DNA from: a virus | Taxonomy: Duplodnaviria > Caudoviricetes | Length of the DNA stretch: 39,980 nucleotides | Virus record (IMG/VR): IMGVR_UViG_3300025529_000016 | Span: 1 to 39,980 of that record | Strand: one strand, 5' to 3' | In this document: positions 17,775-28,554 of the stretch, piece after piece | Numbering within the stretch: the stretch's first letter is position 1 | Layout: every line of letters starts with the position of its first letter | The notes under the pieces: model-generated | Told to the model about the DNA's origin: nothing | What the model saw: only the letters and a program-made list of their open reading frames with translations | Database searches by the model: none | Position numbers and translations under genes: made by a program

Positions 17775-18799
17775 TGGCGATTCAAGACGTTACAGTAACA
17801 ATTGATGTTCAGAATCCAGCGCCTAAGGTTGGTTTAGGACGTCCGTTAATCTTAGCGGAATCAACGTCGACTGAATCAACCTATAAAGAATACTACGGAT
17901 TGGACACTTTAAAAGTTGATTTTCCAGAAGGTACAAGCGTTTATAAAAAGGCTAAAGCGATCTTGGAACAAACAAATAGGCCAGATATCGTGGCTGTAGC
18001 AACTTATAGCGCTTCAGGTGGAGGAGATCCCGGAACAGGTTTAACGATTGTACAAGCATTCGAAAAATACTTCGATAAACCTTGGCACTTTTTGCTTTTG
18101 CCTGACGCAATTGCAACAGAAAGAAAGGCTGTTTCTGATGCTTTAGAAGGACATAATTTTAAATTTCTCGTTCTAAAAGTTGAGGATAAGGATGAATTAG
18201 CGCAATATACTTCAAATTCAAGAACAATTCCTTATTATCATCCTGACAAACCTGGAGAAGAAATGGATGCAGCTATTATTGGGGATGCTGCGTCCCTAAC
18301 AGTAGGATCAATCACTTGGAAATTCCGCAAAAATCTTGTTGGAATCACACCGATCGATATTTCTGCTGATGAATTAAAAGCACTTCATGCTGCTGGAGCC
18401 AACGCTTACGTGTTAAAGGCAGGAATACCGCAAACCTCTGAAGGCATTACAGCAACTGGTGATTACATCGATTTCCTTCATGGCCAAGATTGGGTGAAAG
18501 CCAATATTGAATCTAGCTTGCAACAAATGTTGAGTGACAATGACAAAGTTCCAAGTAATGATACTGGCATATCAATGGCTGTATCTGTAATGACAAGCGT
18601 TTTAACAGAGGCTGCTACAAACGGAATTGTGGACAAGGATTCGAATGGGAATGCTGAATTTACGGTGACGTCTAAACCGATGGATGAAATTCCAGAAGAA
18701 GATAGGAAGAAACGTATTTATAGTGGTTTAGGATTCAAATACTATCCCGAGGGTGCTTTTCACGAAATCGAAGTTACAGGAACTGTAGTTAATTACTAA
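17774..18799 (+). CDS. Tail sheath protein (DUF3383)
   Basis: VGSITWKF, SEG..ATGDYID..HGQDW. Confidence 0.88.
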   Translation: MAIQDVTVTIDVQNPAPKVGLGRPLILAESTSTESTYKEYYGLDTLKVDFPEGTSVYKKAKAILEQTNRPDIVAVATYSASGGGDPGTGLTIVQAFEKYFDKPWHFLLLPDAIATERKAVSDALEGHNFKFLVLKVEDKDELAQYTSNSRTIPYYHPDKPGEEMDAAIIGDAASLTVGSITWKFRKNLVGITPIDISADELKALHAAGANAYVLKAGIPQTSEGITATGDYIDFLHGQDWVKANIESSLQQMLSDNDKVPSNDTGISMAVSVMTSVLTEAATNGIVDKDSNGNAEFTVTSKPMDEIPEEDRKKRIYSGLGFKYYPEGAFHEIEVTGTVVNY

Positions 18800-18810
18800 A
18801 TAATCAAACT

Positions 18811-18840
18811 AGCGGGCTTACAAGCTCGCTTTTTTATTTT
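18811..18840 (+). terminator. Intrinsic terminator between sheath and tube
   Basis: AGCGGGCTT-AC-AAGCTCGCT followed by TTTTTATTTT. Confidence 0.75.
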
Positions 18841-18857
18841 GAACAAAGGAGGAATCT

Positions 18858-19262
18858 ATGATGGCAGACGGAGTTTATGACGCTTCGAAAGTAACAGTTG
18901 TCGCAAAAAACATGAACGTAACGGGGTTTAAAAAAGGAACATTTGTTACGGCCAATAAAGACGATGACCTTGTAACAGTTGAATCGAACGCGCAAGGCGA
19001 AGCCACTTGGGCAGTTAACAACTCAAAGCTTGGCACTATTACCTTGACTTTGAACCAAACATCGCCATTCAATGCGTTCTTTAATAATCTAGCTCAATCG
19101 CGTGAAGTTTTTCCGATTTGGGTTGATGATCCTTCAGGTAGGGAAAAACGCGGCGGCACACAAGCAATGGTCACGAAGCAAGCGGACGCTACATTTTCTG
19201 ATGGAATTGAAGCAAGAGCATTCACGATAAAAGTAGGAGATTTCAGTATTATCAACTATTAA
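18858..19262 (+). CDS. Tail tube protein (DUF3277)
   Basis: YDASKVTV, GTITLTLNQTSP. Confidence 0.88.
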   Translation: MMADGVYDASKVTVVAKNMNVTGFKKGTFVTANKDDDLVTVESNAQGEATWAVNNSKLGTITLTLNQTSPFNAFFNNLAQSREVFPIWVDDPSGREKRGGTQAMVTKQADATFSDGIEARAFTIKVGDFSIINY

Positions 19263-19292
19263 CCTAAAAAATTAAAAATGGGGGAATGAAAA

Positions 19293-19580
19293 ATGGCTGA
19301 AAATAAACAAGAAGTGAAACAATCTAAATTCGGTAAAAAAGAAAAACATAAAGTAGCTGGCGTGGAATATACCTTCCAATTTCCTGGTGTAAAAGCAACG
19401 ATTGAATTGCTCGACCGATGCAAAAACCGTTTTGGTAACGTTGTGGATTCTGCTTATTACGAAGAGATTATGGAACACGTTATTATTGAACCGAAAGTGG
19501 ATTGGGATTATTGGGATACTCACGATGGATTGCGTGAGGTGATGGCTTTAGCCGATAACTTTCTTGGTAGACAATTGTAA
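19293..19580 (+). CDS. Tail assembly chaperone
   Basis: Position between tube and tape measure genes. Confidence 0.8.
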   Translation: MAENKQEVKQSKFGKKEKHKVAGVEYTFQFPGVKATIELLDRCKNRFGNVVDSAYYEEIMEHVIIEPKVDWDYWDTHDGLREVMALADNFLGRQL

Positions 19581-19755
19581 GTTTGATCCACAGGAAGTTT
19601 ATGATCGCAAGTTACAAGAAGATATTGATTACTGGTTGCCGGTAATCACAGGGATAGCCACACATGAGGAAGTAAGTCGTATGACGGCTGAACAACTCGG
19701 TGTGGCTATTAGTGCTGCAAAAATGAAGATCAAACTGTTTGGGGAAGGGGGTTGA
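19561..19755 (+). CDS. Tail assembly chaperone C-terminal extension (probably reached by frameshift)
   Basis: Overlapping +1-frame ORF without an SD; WLPVI.GIATHEEV..MT. Confidence 0.65.
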   Translation, partial: FLVDNCKFDPQEVYDRKLQEDIDYWLPVITGIATHEEVSRMTAEQLGVAISAAKMKIKLFGEGG

Positions 19756-19762
19756 CGGATAG

Positions 19763-22700
19763 ATGGCTAGATCACTTAGAAATACAACGATGAGAGTCAA
19801 TATTGAAGTCAACTCCAAAGCCCTTGATGATGCAAATCGTAGGATTAATGCTTCTATCCACGAAACGGACAAGCTTGAAAGAAGTGCTAATCAAAGCGGT
19901 AAAGCCATCGAACAAGCTGGTAGAAAATATGCCAATGCTAGCAGTTCCATCAGAAAGAACGCTGATTCTTTAAAGGAAAACGCTGATCGTGCCAGAAACG
20001 CAAGTCGCGAACATAATAGTCTAGCTTCCAGCGCAAAAAAATCAGGAGATAGCTTCAGAGAACAAAAAAGAAGTGTTGATGATTCTAGCAAATCTTTAAG
20101 AGATTTTAATTCTGCTGCTGAAAAAATTAACGATACGATCAAAACGATTGGAATCGGTTATCTGTCCAGTAAATTCTATGAGCTTGGAAAAGCCGCCATC
20201 ATGACCGGCATGGAATTTGACAAGCAAATGAGCGCTATCAAGGCGATCAGCGGAGCGACAGGGGACCAGTTTGAGGCATTAAGAAAACAAGCAATTGATT
20301 TAGGGTCAAGTAGCGCTAAATCGGCCTCTGAAGTAGCGGCAGGACAATTAGAGCTGGCTAAGGCCGGCTTTACTGTTAAACAAACTCTGGCGGCTATGCC
20401 AGGTGTGATTGCGGCCTCCACGGCATCCGGTGAGGATATGGCACGTACTGCCGAAGTTATGACATCTGCACTGAACGGCTTTGGATTAAAGGCTAGCGCA
20501 GCGAGTCATGTAGCTGATGTCTTGGCGCAAGCGGCCAACGATTCGTCTGCTGACATCAACGATTTGGGCTATGCTTTTAAATACGCTGCAGCCCCGGCTC
20601 ACTCGTTGGGAATCAGCTTGGAAGAATTATCTGCTGCTATTGAAATCATGAGTGATGCGGGGATAAAAGGTGAGACTGCCGGAACGACTTTACGTGGTGG
20701 CCTTATTCAATTGCTGAAACCATCTGAAGAAACATCTAAAATGATGCAAAGGCTCGGAATCGAGGTTGAAGATTCTAAAGGGCATTTTGTTGGTTTAGCC
20801 AATCTTATCCAAAACATTTCTAAATCACTCGAAGGTCAAACTCGGGCTCAAAAATTAGCGAACCTTTCTGCGATGGTAGGAACTGAGGCGGCATCTGGAT
20901 TCTTAACGCTGATGGAAGCAGGACCAGCAAAGATAAATAAATACACGGAATCCTTAAAAAAATCAGATGGCGCATCAGCGAAAGCTGCCAATACCATGCA
21001 ACATAACTTTGCTGGGGCGGTTGAGCAACTAGGTGGTACGATTGAGAGTATCGCTATTAACGTATCGGATGTATTAACACCTACGGTCGAAAAAGCGACA
21101 AACTTTCTTTCCGATATGGGAGATAAATTTAATGAATTAAGCCCATCGGCCAAACGATTTGTTGTTTGGGGCAGCGTGATTGTTGCCGGTATTCTCCCTA
21201 CCATGTATGTGATTAAAAAGGTCACAGAAACGGTTTCGTGGTTTAAAAACACATTACTTGGATCCGGCTCTGCGTTTGCTAAATATCGCGCTGAAATGGC
21301 TCTAACAGGCCGAGAAGCACTGGTAATGGCTTCGCAAGTTAAAGAGGCAAATTCAATTATTGCAGCTTCTCAGCCATCATCAACTAAGAGTTATTCAGAG
21401 CTGATGAAAGAGGCTCAGAATAAAAAAATTCGTGGATCTGTAACCACGGTTGCCGAAGAAACAGTAGCAAAAGGCGGAGCTTTTGCGGGCAAAGCTTCCA
21501 AGGCCGTTCCTATTATCGGTACAGCATTAGCGGGATTATCTTTAGTCGGTATGACAAAAGATACTGCTGGCCAAGATTTAGGTGGGTTCGGTGGATCATT
21601 AGCTGGTGGGGCAGCAGGAGCTGCGATTGGTTCTGCAATTGCTCCTGGCATAGGTACTGCGATCGGCGGAATGATAGGTGCATATGCTGGATCATCATTC
21701 GGCGAGAAGTTTGGATCCTACCTCCAAAAAGAATGGCCAAAGATGGCCAATAATTTTAATAATTACGCTAAAAGTCATCCACTATCACTTCCGGGTTTGA
21801 TAGCAGGAGCTCAAAAAATTAAAAATGCTTTCAAAGATCCTTTAAATGCGACTATTAACTTTGGGAAATCAGTAAATAGCACGACAAGCAAAGCGATCAA
21901 CAGCTACATGGAACTCGCTAGCAAATCAAAAGTACAGTTGAGTCTTCTTGCCTTAAATGGTGAAAAATATTCGAAGTCTGCAAAAGACTCCGTAAATAAA
22001 AACTTCCAATCAATGGTGAGTCTTGTAGAAAAGTCATTAAGCAAGACTCAAAAATCAACAGCTAAGAATCTATCTATTCTTGTCAAAAATGGCCTGTTGT
22101 CTGATAAAGACATGAAGGCCATCGAGAAAAGGCAAGAAGCTACACAAAAACGCCAATTAAAAGCCGTTCAAGACTCAGCTAGAAAGATGATCCAAATCAA
22201 CAACAATGCTTATAGGCAACAACAAGAGATCACGAAAAAAGCTGAGGATAGAATTAACGCGATCAAGGAAAATGCGGCCAAAAAAGGGCGCACATTAACC
22301 AAAAGCGAGCAAGACAAAATTAAAAAGATTGAATCTGATGCTGCTAATGCACGAAGAAGGATCGCCCAACAAGCAGCACAAGCTATTGCAAGAGAAGAAG
22401 AGAAGCAGCGTAGGAATGTTGTTGCCTCTTTAACTAAATCAGAAAAGCAACAAAAGCTAATTTTGGGTCGATTGAAGGATGAAACCAGTAATCTTAGCGC
22501 GAAACAAGCGGCCGACATCGTTAAAAATGCCGAAAAAGCTCGTAAAGGGGCAGTAAAAGAGGCAAACACGAAATATGCTCAAGTCAAGAAAGCAGCTGAT
22601 GAAGAATATTACGTGAACGGTACAATCAGCAAAAAGCAGCATGACGAAATTGTATCCCAAGCGAAAAAGACTCGTGATGAATCGATTTCCCATGCCAATG

Positions 22701-24082
22701 ATATGAAGAATAAGATCGTTAAAGCAGCTCAAGAACAAGCGAAAGGGCATTTGAAAGAAGTTGACTGGGAAACAGGTCAAACTCTTTCAAAATGGGACCA
22801 GCATAAAGTCAGTTTAGCAAAAACCTGGAATTCTATAACTGGGGCCATTAACAAGGTGCTGAGTTTCCTTCACATTAAGACGATACCTGAATGGCATCCT
22901 GCCGGATCTACAGGACAAAATATCCCAACCCACGCTACAGGAACACCATATCATCCGGGTGGACCGGCTGTAGTAGGTGAGGAAGGCGTAGAATTGGCTT
23001 ACGTCCCGTATAAAGGAGCTACCTTGGTTGGACAAAATGGCGCCGAGATTGTGGATCTTCCACCAGGAACGCGCATTCTACCGCATGCACAGACAAAACA
23101 AATGCTGAATGGCGGACTTAAAGGCCAAATGCCTGGATATGCGAGTGGAACTTTAGGAGCTGTTCAGGATTTTGTATCTGGGGCATGGGATAAAACCAAA
23201 GATGTTGCCAGTGCTGCATGGGACAAGGCTAAATCGATTGGCAGTGATATTAAAGACGTTACATCTGCAGCAAGCGAATGGATCATGCATCCTGTACAAA
23301 AGGTAAAAGAACTATTTGACAAATATTTACCTTTAAAAGGGGACATCGGATACGGCGAAGGCTTAGGGACAAGTCTTTTAAAATACACCAGCACAGGGGT
23401 CCAAAAATACCTTAAAGATCAATTCTCAAGCTTTGCTGGAGATTGGAGCGGTGGAGCAGCTGCCCCTGCTCAAGTGAAGCAATGGCTTTTAACGGCGATG
23501 GCTATAACGGGGACGCCTGCTAGTTACTTAGGTGCTCTACTTAAAATTGCCATGCATGAGTCCGGCGGGAACCCTAGAGCCATAAACCTTTGGGATTCCA
23601 ACTATCGAGCAGGCCATCCTAGTAAGGGCTTAATGCAAACGATCGATTCCACATTCAATGCCTACAAGCTTCCGGGATTGGGTGACATTTGGAATCCTGT
23701 CGCGAACGCCGTGGCAGCCATCCGTTACATGAATGACCGGTACGGAAGCATCTCAAACGTTCCTGGTGTTAAAAGTGCGAAATACGTAGGATACAAAAAC
23801 GGCGGGCGGAAAATTGGCGATAGACAAATACTCGTTGGCGAAAATGGTCCTGAATTAGTAGATCTTCCAAGTGGAAGTGAAATCTATAACACTGTAAAAA
23901 CCAAGGAATTACTTAAGTCAAGAAATGGCGGTATCAACGTTCAAATGTCTAATGTCTTCCACATCAAGATAGAAGGCGGAGGAGATACGACAGAAGAAAA
24001 AATACAACGCGCTGTTAATGCGGCGTTGGAAAAAGTGTTCAAAGACTTTAGAGTAATCATTGATACGGGGGTGGCGTATTAA
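19763..24082 (+). CDS. Tape measure protein with C-terminal lytic transglycosylase
   Basis: TP901-type core (FDKQMSAIKAISGATG), 1439 aa; SLT motifs HESGGNPRAINLWDSN, SKGLMQ, AAIRYM..RYG. Confidence 0.96.
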   Translation: MARSLRNTTMRVNIEVNSKALDDANRRINASIHETDKLERSANQSGKAIEQAGRKYANASSSIRKNADSLKENADRARNASREHNSLASSAKKSGDSFREQKRSVDDSSKSLRDFNSAAEKINDTIKTIGIGYLSSKFYELGKAAIMTGMEFDKQMSAIKAISGATGDQFEALRKQAIDLGSSSAKSASEVAAGQLELAKAGFTVKQTLAAMPGVIAASTASGEDMARTAEVMTSALNGFGLKASAASHVADVLAQAANDSSADINDLGYAFKYAAAPAHSLGISLEELSAAIEIMSDAGIKGETAGTTLRGGLIQLLKPSEETSKMMQRLGIEVEDSKGHFVGLANLIQNISKSLEGQTRAQKLANLSAMVGTEAASGFLTLMEAGPAKINKYTESLKKSDGASAKAANTMQHNFAGAVEQLGGTIESIAINVSDVLTPTVEKATNFLSDMGDKFNELSPSAKRFVVWGSVIVAGILPTMYVIKKVTETVSWFKNTLLGSGSAFAKYRAEMALTGREALVMASQVKEANSIIAASQPSSTKSYSELMKEAQNKKIRGSVTTVAEETVAKGGAFAGKASKAVPIIGTALAGLSLVGMTKDTAGQDLGGFGGSLAGGAAGAAIGSAIAPGIGTAIGGMIGAYAGSSFGEKFGSYLQKEWPKMANNFNNYAKSHPLSLPGLIAGAQKIKNAFKDPLNATINFGKSVNSTTSKAINSYMELASKSKVQLSLLALNGEKYSKSAKDSVNKNFQSMVSLVEKSLSKTQKSTAKNLSILVKNGLLSDKDMKAIEKRQEATQKRQLKAVQDSARKMIQINNNAYRQQQEITKKAEDRINAIKENAAKKGRTLTKSEQDKIKKIESDAANARRRIAQQAAQAIAREEEKQRRNVVASLTKSEKQQKLILGRLKDETSNLSAKQAADIVKNAEKARKGAVKEANTKYAQVKKAADEEYYVNGTISKKQHDEIVSQAKKTRDESISHANDMKNKIVKAAQEQAKGHLKEVDWETGQTLSKWDQHKVSLAKTWNSITGAINKVLSFLHIKTIPEWHPAGSTGQNIPTHATGTPYHPGGPAVVGEEGVELAYVPYKGATLVGQNGAEIVDLPPGTRILPHAQTKQMLNGGLKGQMPGYASGTLGAVQDFVSGAWDKTKDVASAAWDKAKSIGSDIKDVTSAASEWIMHPVQKVKELFDKYLPLKGDIGYGEGLGTSLLKYTSTGVQKYLKDQFSSFAGDWSGGAAAPAQVKQWLLTAMAITGTPASYLGALLKIAMHESGGNPRAINLWDSNYRAGHPSKGLMQTIDSTFNAYKLPGLGDIWNPVANAVAAIRYMNDRYGSISNVPGVKSAKYVGYKNGGRKIGDRQILVGENGPELVDLPSGSEIYNTVKTKELLKSRNGGINVQMSNVFHIKIEGGGDTTEEKIQRAVNAALEKVFKDFRVIIDTGVAY

Positions 24083-24645
24083 TGGGAAAATTAGCAGGTT
24101 ATACAATCGCTAATATACAAGAAACCTTTACAAACACCGTTAATGTCACCTCTTATCCGACCGAAAAAGGGTTGCCTATTACGGATTCCGTACAAAGGCA
24201 GCCCAAAACTTTTACTATAACCGGTAAAATTCTCGGAAAGACCGATGTAGAAGCAACTAATATTTATAATGCTTTAGAAAAATTGCAGAATGCAGGAACC
24301 GTCGTCACTTATGTTGGAAGAACTACTGCAAAAAATGTGGTCATCACTAGCATGCAGCCAACATTTGATTCAACAATCGGAAATGGCATGGGCATATCAA
24401 TTGAGTTGCAAGAAATTCGTATAGCGAATAGTCCTTACATTGTGAACAAAACAACTACAACGACAGCCGGGAAAAAGCAGGTAGTCAGCCAAAAAAGTTC
24501 AACGCCGGTGTACCACATTACAAAAAAAGGCGATACCTATTGGGGACTGTCTAAAAAATATGGAACATCAATTGCCCAGCTGAGGGCATGGAATAAGTAT
24601 CCTGACACCAAAATCCCCATCGGGGTAAAGCTTCGGGTTAAATAA
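24082..24645 (+). CDS. LysM-domain baseplate/tube initiator protein
   Basis: C-terminal LysM YHITKKGDTYWGLSKKYGTSIAQLRAWN. Confidence 0.88.
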   Translation: MGKLAGYTIANIQETFTNTVNVTSYPTEKGLPITDSVQRQPKTFTITGKILGKTDVEATNIYNALEKLQNAGTVVTYVGRTTAKNVVITSMQPTFDSTIGNGMGISIELQEIRIANSPYIVNKTTTTTAGKKQVVSQKSSTPVYHITKKGDTYWGLSKKYGTSIAQLRAWNKYPDTKIPIGVKLRVK

Positions 24646-24658
24646 GTTAGGTGATCAT

Positions 24659-25000
24659 ATGGCGAAAAGAGATTACATTGATATCGATAAAGAAGAAGTG
24701 CCCGTTGTGTTTGATATCGATTTAGCGGAAGATACATTCACAATGGGCATTAATTATAATCAGACGAATGATTTTTTTACCGTAGATTTGTGGGACAGCG
24801 AGGGAAATGTCATTGTCCGTGGTGAAAAGATGGTGTTAAATCGTCCTCTTTTTGAGGATTTAGTCGATGAACGATTGCCGGCACCTACACTCGTGCCGAT
24901 GGATGAGGCCGGCAGAGAAGACCGTATCACCTATGAAAATTTTGGTGTTACGGTTTTTCTTTATATTGACGATATCGGAGATGAGACAGATGGCTACTAG
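24659..25000 (+). CDS. Baseplate plug-like protein
   Basis: Synteny; INYNQTNDFFTVDL. Confidence 0.75.
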   Translation: MAKRDYIDIDKEEVPVVFDIDLAEDTFTMGINYNQTNDFFTVDLWDSEGNVIVRGEKMVLNRPLFEDLVDERLPAPTLVPMDEAGREDRITYENFGVTVFLYIDDIGDETDGY

Positions 25001-25892
25001 TCCTTTGTTATTCGGCCGAATAATCAAAGTAACTATCGATGCTCCGGGCGGGCATCTTACCTTTACAAATGACGATCTTGAAGTTCGCTTCGAGGTAAAT
25101 TTTGACGATGACGCAAAGCCAAATATCAGCACGGTGCAAGTATATAACTTAACGAACCAAACCATTAATAAGATTCAAAAGAACCAAAATATAACCGTAG
25201 TTGCAGGATATAAAAGCGATTACGGTGTTTTAACCGAAGGCAAAATCACTTCTGTTATTACGAAATATAGTGGAGTGGATAAAGTGACCACTATCACCTT
25301 TAAAGAGGGTACGGATTACAGCGGAATTAAGGTCACACCAGATGTAGCCGATCCTGCCGAAAAATATTATGTGAAAAAGAAAGTAAATGGGAAAACAGTC
25401 AAAGTAGCCAAGTATCGAAAACAGACAATGCAAATCACCTTTAAAAATGGCGTGAGGGCTTCGCAAATTATCAAACGACTAACGAGTATTTTAGGAATCA
25501 AATTGGCCACATTTAGTTTGCCAAAAGACAAGGTATATAAAAGCGGATATAAAGTAACAGGACTCATCGAAAACAACTTAGAAACGGTTGTGAAAGATTG
25601 TGGTGCTTCGATGTACTGGCGGCGTGGTTCGATGGTAATTCGTTCTATTAAGGAAGGGACAGACGAACGTTTTACCTTAAGTGAAGAGACGGGCCTTATC
25701 GAACCGCCTGAACCATTTGAAGATGATGAACAAAAGGGATATACAGTCAGATGCCTTCTTCAACACCGAATTACTACTGCTTCTATCATAACGATTAAAA
25801 GTTCCACAGCTAACGGGACATACCGTGTAAGAAGCGGCAAGCACTATTATGACGGAACGGACTTTCTTAGCGAATTTGAGGTGATCTCATGA
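24990..25892 (+). CDS. Baseplate hub protein
   Basis: ATG 24990 after GGAG; VQVYNL, AGYKSDYG, ETGLIE.P, CLLQHRI. Confidence 0.82.
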   Translation: MATSPLLFGRIIKVTIDAPGGHLTFTNDDLEVRFEVNFDDDAKPNISTVQVYNLTNQTINKIQKNQNITVVAGYKSDYGVLTEGKITSVITKYSGVDKVTTITFKEGTDYSGIKVTPDVADPAEKYYVKKKVNGKTVKVAKYRKQTMQITFKNGVRASQIIKRLTSILGIKLATFSLPKDKVYKSGYKVTGLIENNLETVVKDCGASMYWRRGSMVIRSIKEGTDERFTLSEETGLIEPPEPFEDDEQKGYTVRCLLQHRITTASIITIKSSTANGTYRVRSGKHYYDGTDFLSEFEVIS

Positions 25893-26239
25893 GCGAAATG
25901 GCTAAGACTTTCGAGGCATATAAGAAAAATATTTTGCTTAACATCCACACATTAGCGCCGGCAAAGGTTCTAAGCTATGATCCTGACACTCATAGAGCTA
26001 ACTTACAACCCTTATTTTTAACATCAGACGAAAGTGGCGTGGTTTATAAGCAATCACCAATCAACGATGCCCCTGTTTTGAAGCATTGCCAAGATGATAT
26101 TAGGGTTGGGTGTTTAGTCTTTTACATGTGTGCTCAACGGTCATTGGCAGATTTAAATGGTACAAATTTCATTGATCCGGATTCGGAGAAATTTTTTAGC
26201 GACAATGATGCGGTCGTTGTGGGGGTGTTTGACGGTTGA
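25889..26239 (+). CDS. Baseplate spike-like protein (Gp138-like, short)
   Basis: IHTLAPAKVLSYD, FSDNDAVVVG. Confidence 0.75.
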   Translation: MSEMAKTFEAYKKNILLNIHTLAPAKVLSYDPDTHRANLQPLFLTSDESGVVYKQSPINDAPVLKHCQDDIRVGCLVFYMCAQRSLADLNGTNFIDPDSEKFFSDNDAVVVGVFDG

Positions 26240-26598
26240 AAACTTTGAAACTTGTAAATGGTGACTTGGTTTTTAATGATAGTGGCGAGTTAGAAATGGT
26301 TAGTGATGATGATGAGATTGTGCAAAATTTAGAAATGATTTTATCAACTCAACTCGGCGAATTCCAACTAGATGAAACAATCGGATTAGATCGAAGCAAT
26401 ATTTTAACCAAACAATTTGATGAAAAAGCTGCCCACTATGACATCGTTGAAGCTTTAATGCAAGAGGATCGAGTTCAAGAAGTCCGTGATGTTACATTTA
26501 TCCCGGATAAAGAAAATCGTATTATGACCGTAAATGTAACGGTCGTTAAGACCGACGGGACCACCTTAACCGTGGAAGGGGTGCCGATCAATGCTTGA
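26236..26598 (+). CDS. Sheath initiator/baseplate wedge (DUF2634)
   Basis: GDLVF..GELEMV, TQLGEFQLDE.IGL. Confidence 0.82.
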   Translation: MKTLKLVNGDLVFNDSGELEMVSDDDEIVQNLEMILSTQLGEFQLDETIGLDRSNILTKQFDEKAAHYDIVEALMQEDRVQEVRDVTFIPDKENRIMTVNVTVVKTDGTTLTVEGVPINA

Positions 26599-27757
26599 TG
26601 AAAATGGTTTTTCCAAGAAAACCTATAGCGACCTCCTTTCGGAAATGGAAGCGAAAGCGAAGGAATTGTTTGGAGAGGACGTAAACACCAAAGCTTATAC
26701 ACCACTCGGAATTATTCTTCGTATTTTCGCTTGGTTTCACTCCATTCTTTGGGATACCGTTGAGCGAGTATATAATAACTCATTTCCAGGAACCGCAGAA
26801 GGGGTTTCACTCGATAGGGTAGTGAAATACAAAGGAGTAACACGATTAAGGGCAGACTATGCACATGGCGAAATCCAGATCACAGGTGAACCTAATGAAC
26901 CTGTGGCGGCGGGGCTTATCGTTGGGACGAAAAACAATATTTTATTCGAAACAACAGAGGATTGTACACTAGACAGCAACGGAGTAGGATATGCAGAAAT
27001 TTACGCTCAAGAAACTGGGGCAAAAGGAAATGTAGATGCTGGGGCTATTACCGAAATAATAGAATCGGATCCTAATGTTCATTCGGTTACCAATCTCGAA
27101 CCCACCGAGGGTGGAAGAGATGAAGAAACCGATGCGGAATTGTACGCACGATTCCAAGAATATCCGTCAAAATCCGGATCATCTAATATAGAAAGCATCA
27201 AAGCGAAATTGTTAGAGACGCCTGGTGTTCGCGATGCAATCGTTAATCAAAACACATCATCTATCGAAAAAGATGGACTACCTCCACATTGCATTGCTCC
27301 CTTTGTATTTGGGGGAAGTGATGAAGACGTGGCTCAAGCCATTTTTTCCGTTGCGCCCGGTGGGATTCAGGTGTATGGAACCACTATTGTACAGGTCACA
27401 GATTCCAAAGGAACTGTCCATGATATTGGGTTTACGCGGCCAGAAACAATTCAAGTCTATGTCAGAGTTCAGCTAACTAAAGGCGCTGATTTCCCAGCTG
27501 ATGGGGTCACGAATGTAAGAAATCAAATCTTAAGCTACATTGGTGGCACTGATGAAAATGGAAACGAATATCCTGGTCTCGGTCTTAAGCAGAACGTAAT
27601 CCATTCAAAATTAATAGCTGTAGTGTTAAACACTACAGGCGTAGATGATGCCATCGTGGAATTAAGCACGGATGGCATTAATTATGTTCAATCAAATATC
27701 GTCGTTGATTCTAACCAAGTGGCAAAAACCACATATGACAAGGTTGTGGTCCAATGA
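26591..27757 (+). CDS. Baseplate J family protein
   Basis: TAEGVSLD, GGRDEETDAELYAR, GLPPH. Confidence 0.93.
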   Translation: MLDENGFSKKTYSDLLSEMEAKAKELFGEDVNTKAYTPLGIILRIFAWFHSILWDTVERVYNNSFPGTAEGVSLDRVVKYKGVTRLRADYAHGEIQITGEPNEPVAAGLIVGTKNNILFETTEDCTLDSNGVGYAEIYAQETGAKGNVDAGAITEIIESDPNVHSVTNLEPTEGGRDEETDAELYARFQEYPSKSGSSNIESIKAKLLETPGVRDAIVNQNTSSIEKDGLPPHCIAPFVFGGSDEDVAQAIFSVAPGGIQVYGTTIVQVTDSKGTVHDIGFTRPETIQVYVRVQLTKGADFPADGVTNVRNQILSYIGGTDENGNEYPGLGLKQNVIHSKLIAVVLNTTGVDDAIVELSTDGINYVQSNIVVDSNQVAKTTYDKVVVQ

Positions 27758-28554
27758 GTTTTCTTATGGATATGCTCAAAAAGCTGCCGGACATGTTTAA
27801 AAAAACGCCGGATAGCACTATCGGAAAGCTTTTTACGATCGTTTCAGACCAAATTGACGACGTACAGGAAACTCTCGACAAGATGGAATTGTGGCGGGAC
27901 ATCGATGAAGCAGAAGGTGTTGTGCTTGATCGGCTCGGGGTTGAGATCTTACAAGAACCACGTGGCGGAGTAAGTGATGAAGAATACCGACTAAAACTAA
28001 AAACTCGTATCATCGTAAACTATCTGTCTGATGGCGATATCGAAACGCTCAACAAATTATTGGAAGTATATTTGGGCGATCATCTCGTAAGCGTGCAAAC
28101 AGCCGCAAATGTAAAAGAGGGGCCATTTGCAGGGGAACCGGCGACATTGCTTGTTACGATAAATGGTCATGATACTTATGGGATCCCATTCGAAGAACTT
28201 GCAAGGGTTATGACCGGAGGAGTTGGAACGCAATGGCAATATTTACTCGAACGCTTGATGACTGTCCAAAACGAATATGAGCGTTGGATTTACCCATTTG
28301 AAAACTTTACCGGCAACTTGATTGCGGGTGGAGATCAAGTTTCGAATGATAACAGACTTTATACATCCAATTTTGAATTAGATGATTCCTATTCAAAAGC
28401 AATGAACCCTTTTCCGATTTGCGGTGATTTTCCGGAGCCGTTTCCAAATGATAATCGAGTTTATCCATCTAACTTTGAACTAAGCAATGTATACTCTACT
28501 GCTCTGCAATCCTATCCGATCTGCGGAAACTTTGTAGCTGGGGAGGTGGTTTAA
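27754..28554 (+). CDS. Baseplate wedge protein with C-terminal 34-aa tandem repeat
   Basis: DIDEAEGVVLDRLG, SDEEYRLKLK. Confidence 0.8.
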   Translation: MSFLMDMLKKLPDMFKKTPDSTIGKLFTIVSDQIDDVQETLDKMELWRDIDEAEGVVLDRLGVEILQEPRGGVSDEEYRLKLKTRIIVNYLSDGDIETLNKLLEVYLGDHLVSVQTAANVKEGPFAGEPATLLVTINGHDTYGIPFEELARVMTGGVGTQWQYLLERLMTVQNEYERWIYPFENFTGNLIAGGDQVSNDNRLYTSNFELDDSYSKAMNPFPICGDFPEPFPNDNRVYPSNFELSNVYSTALQSYPICGNFVAGEVV

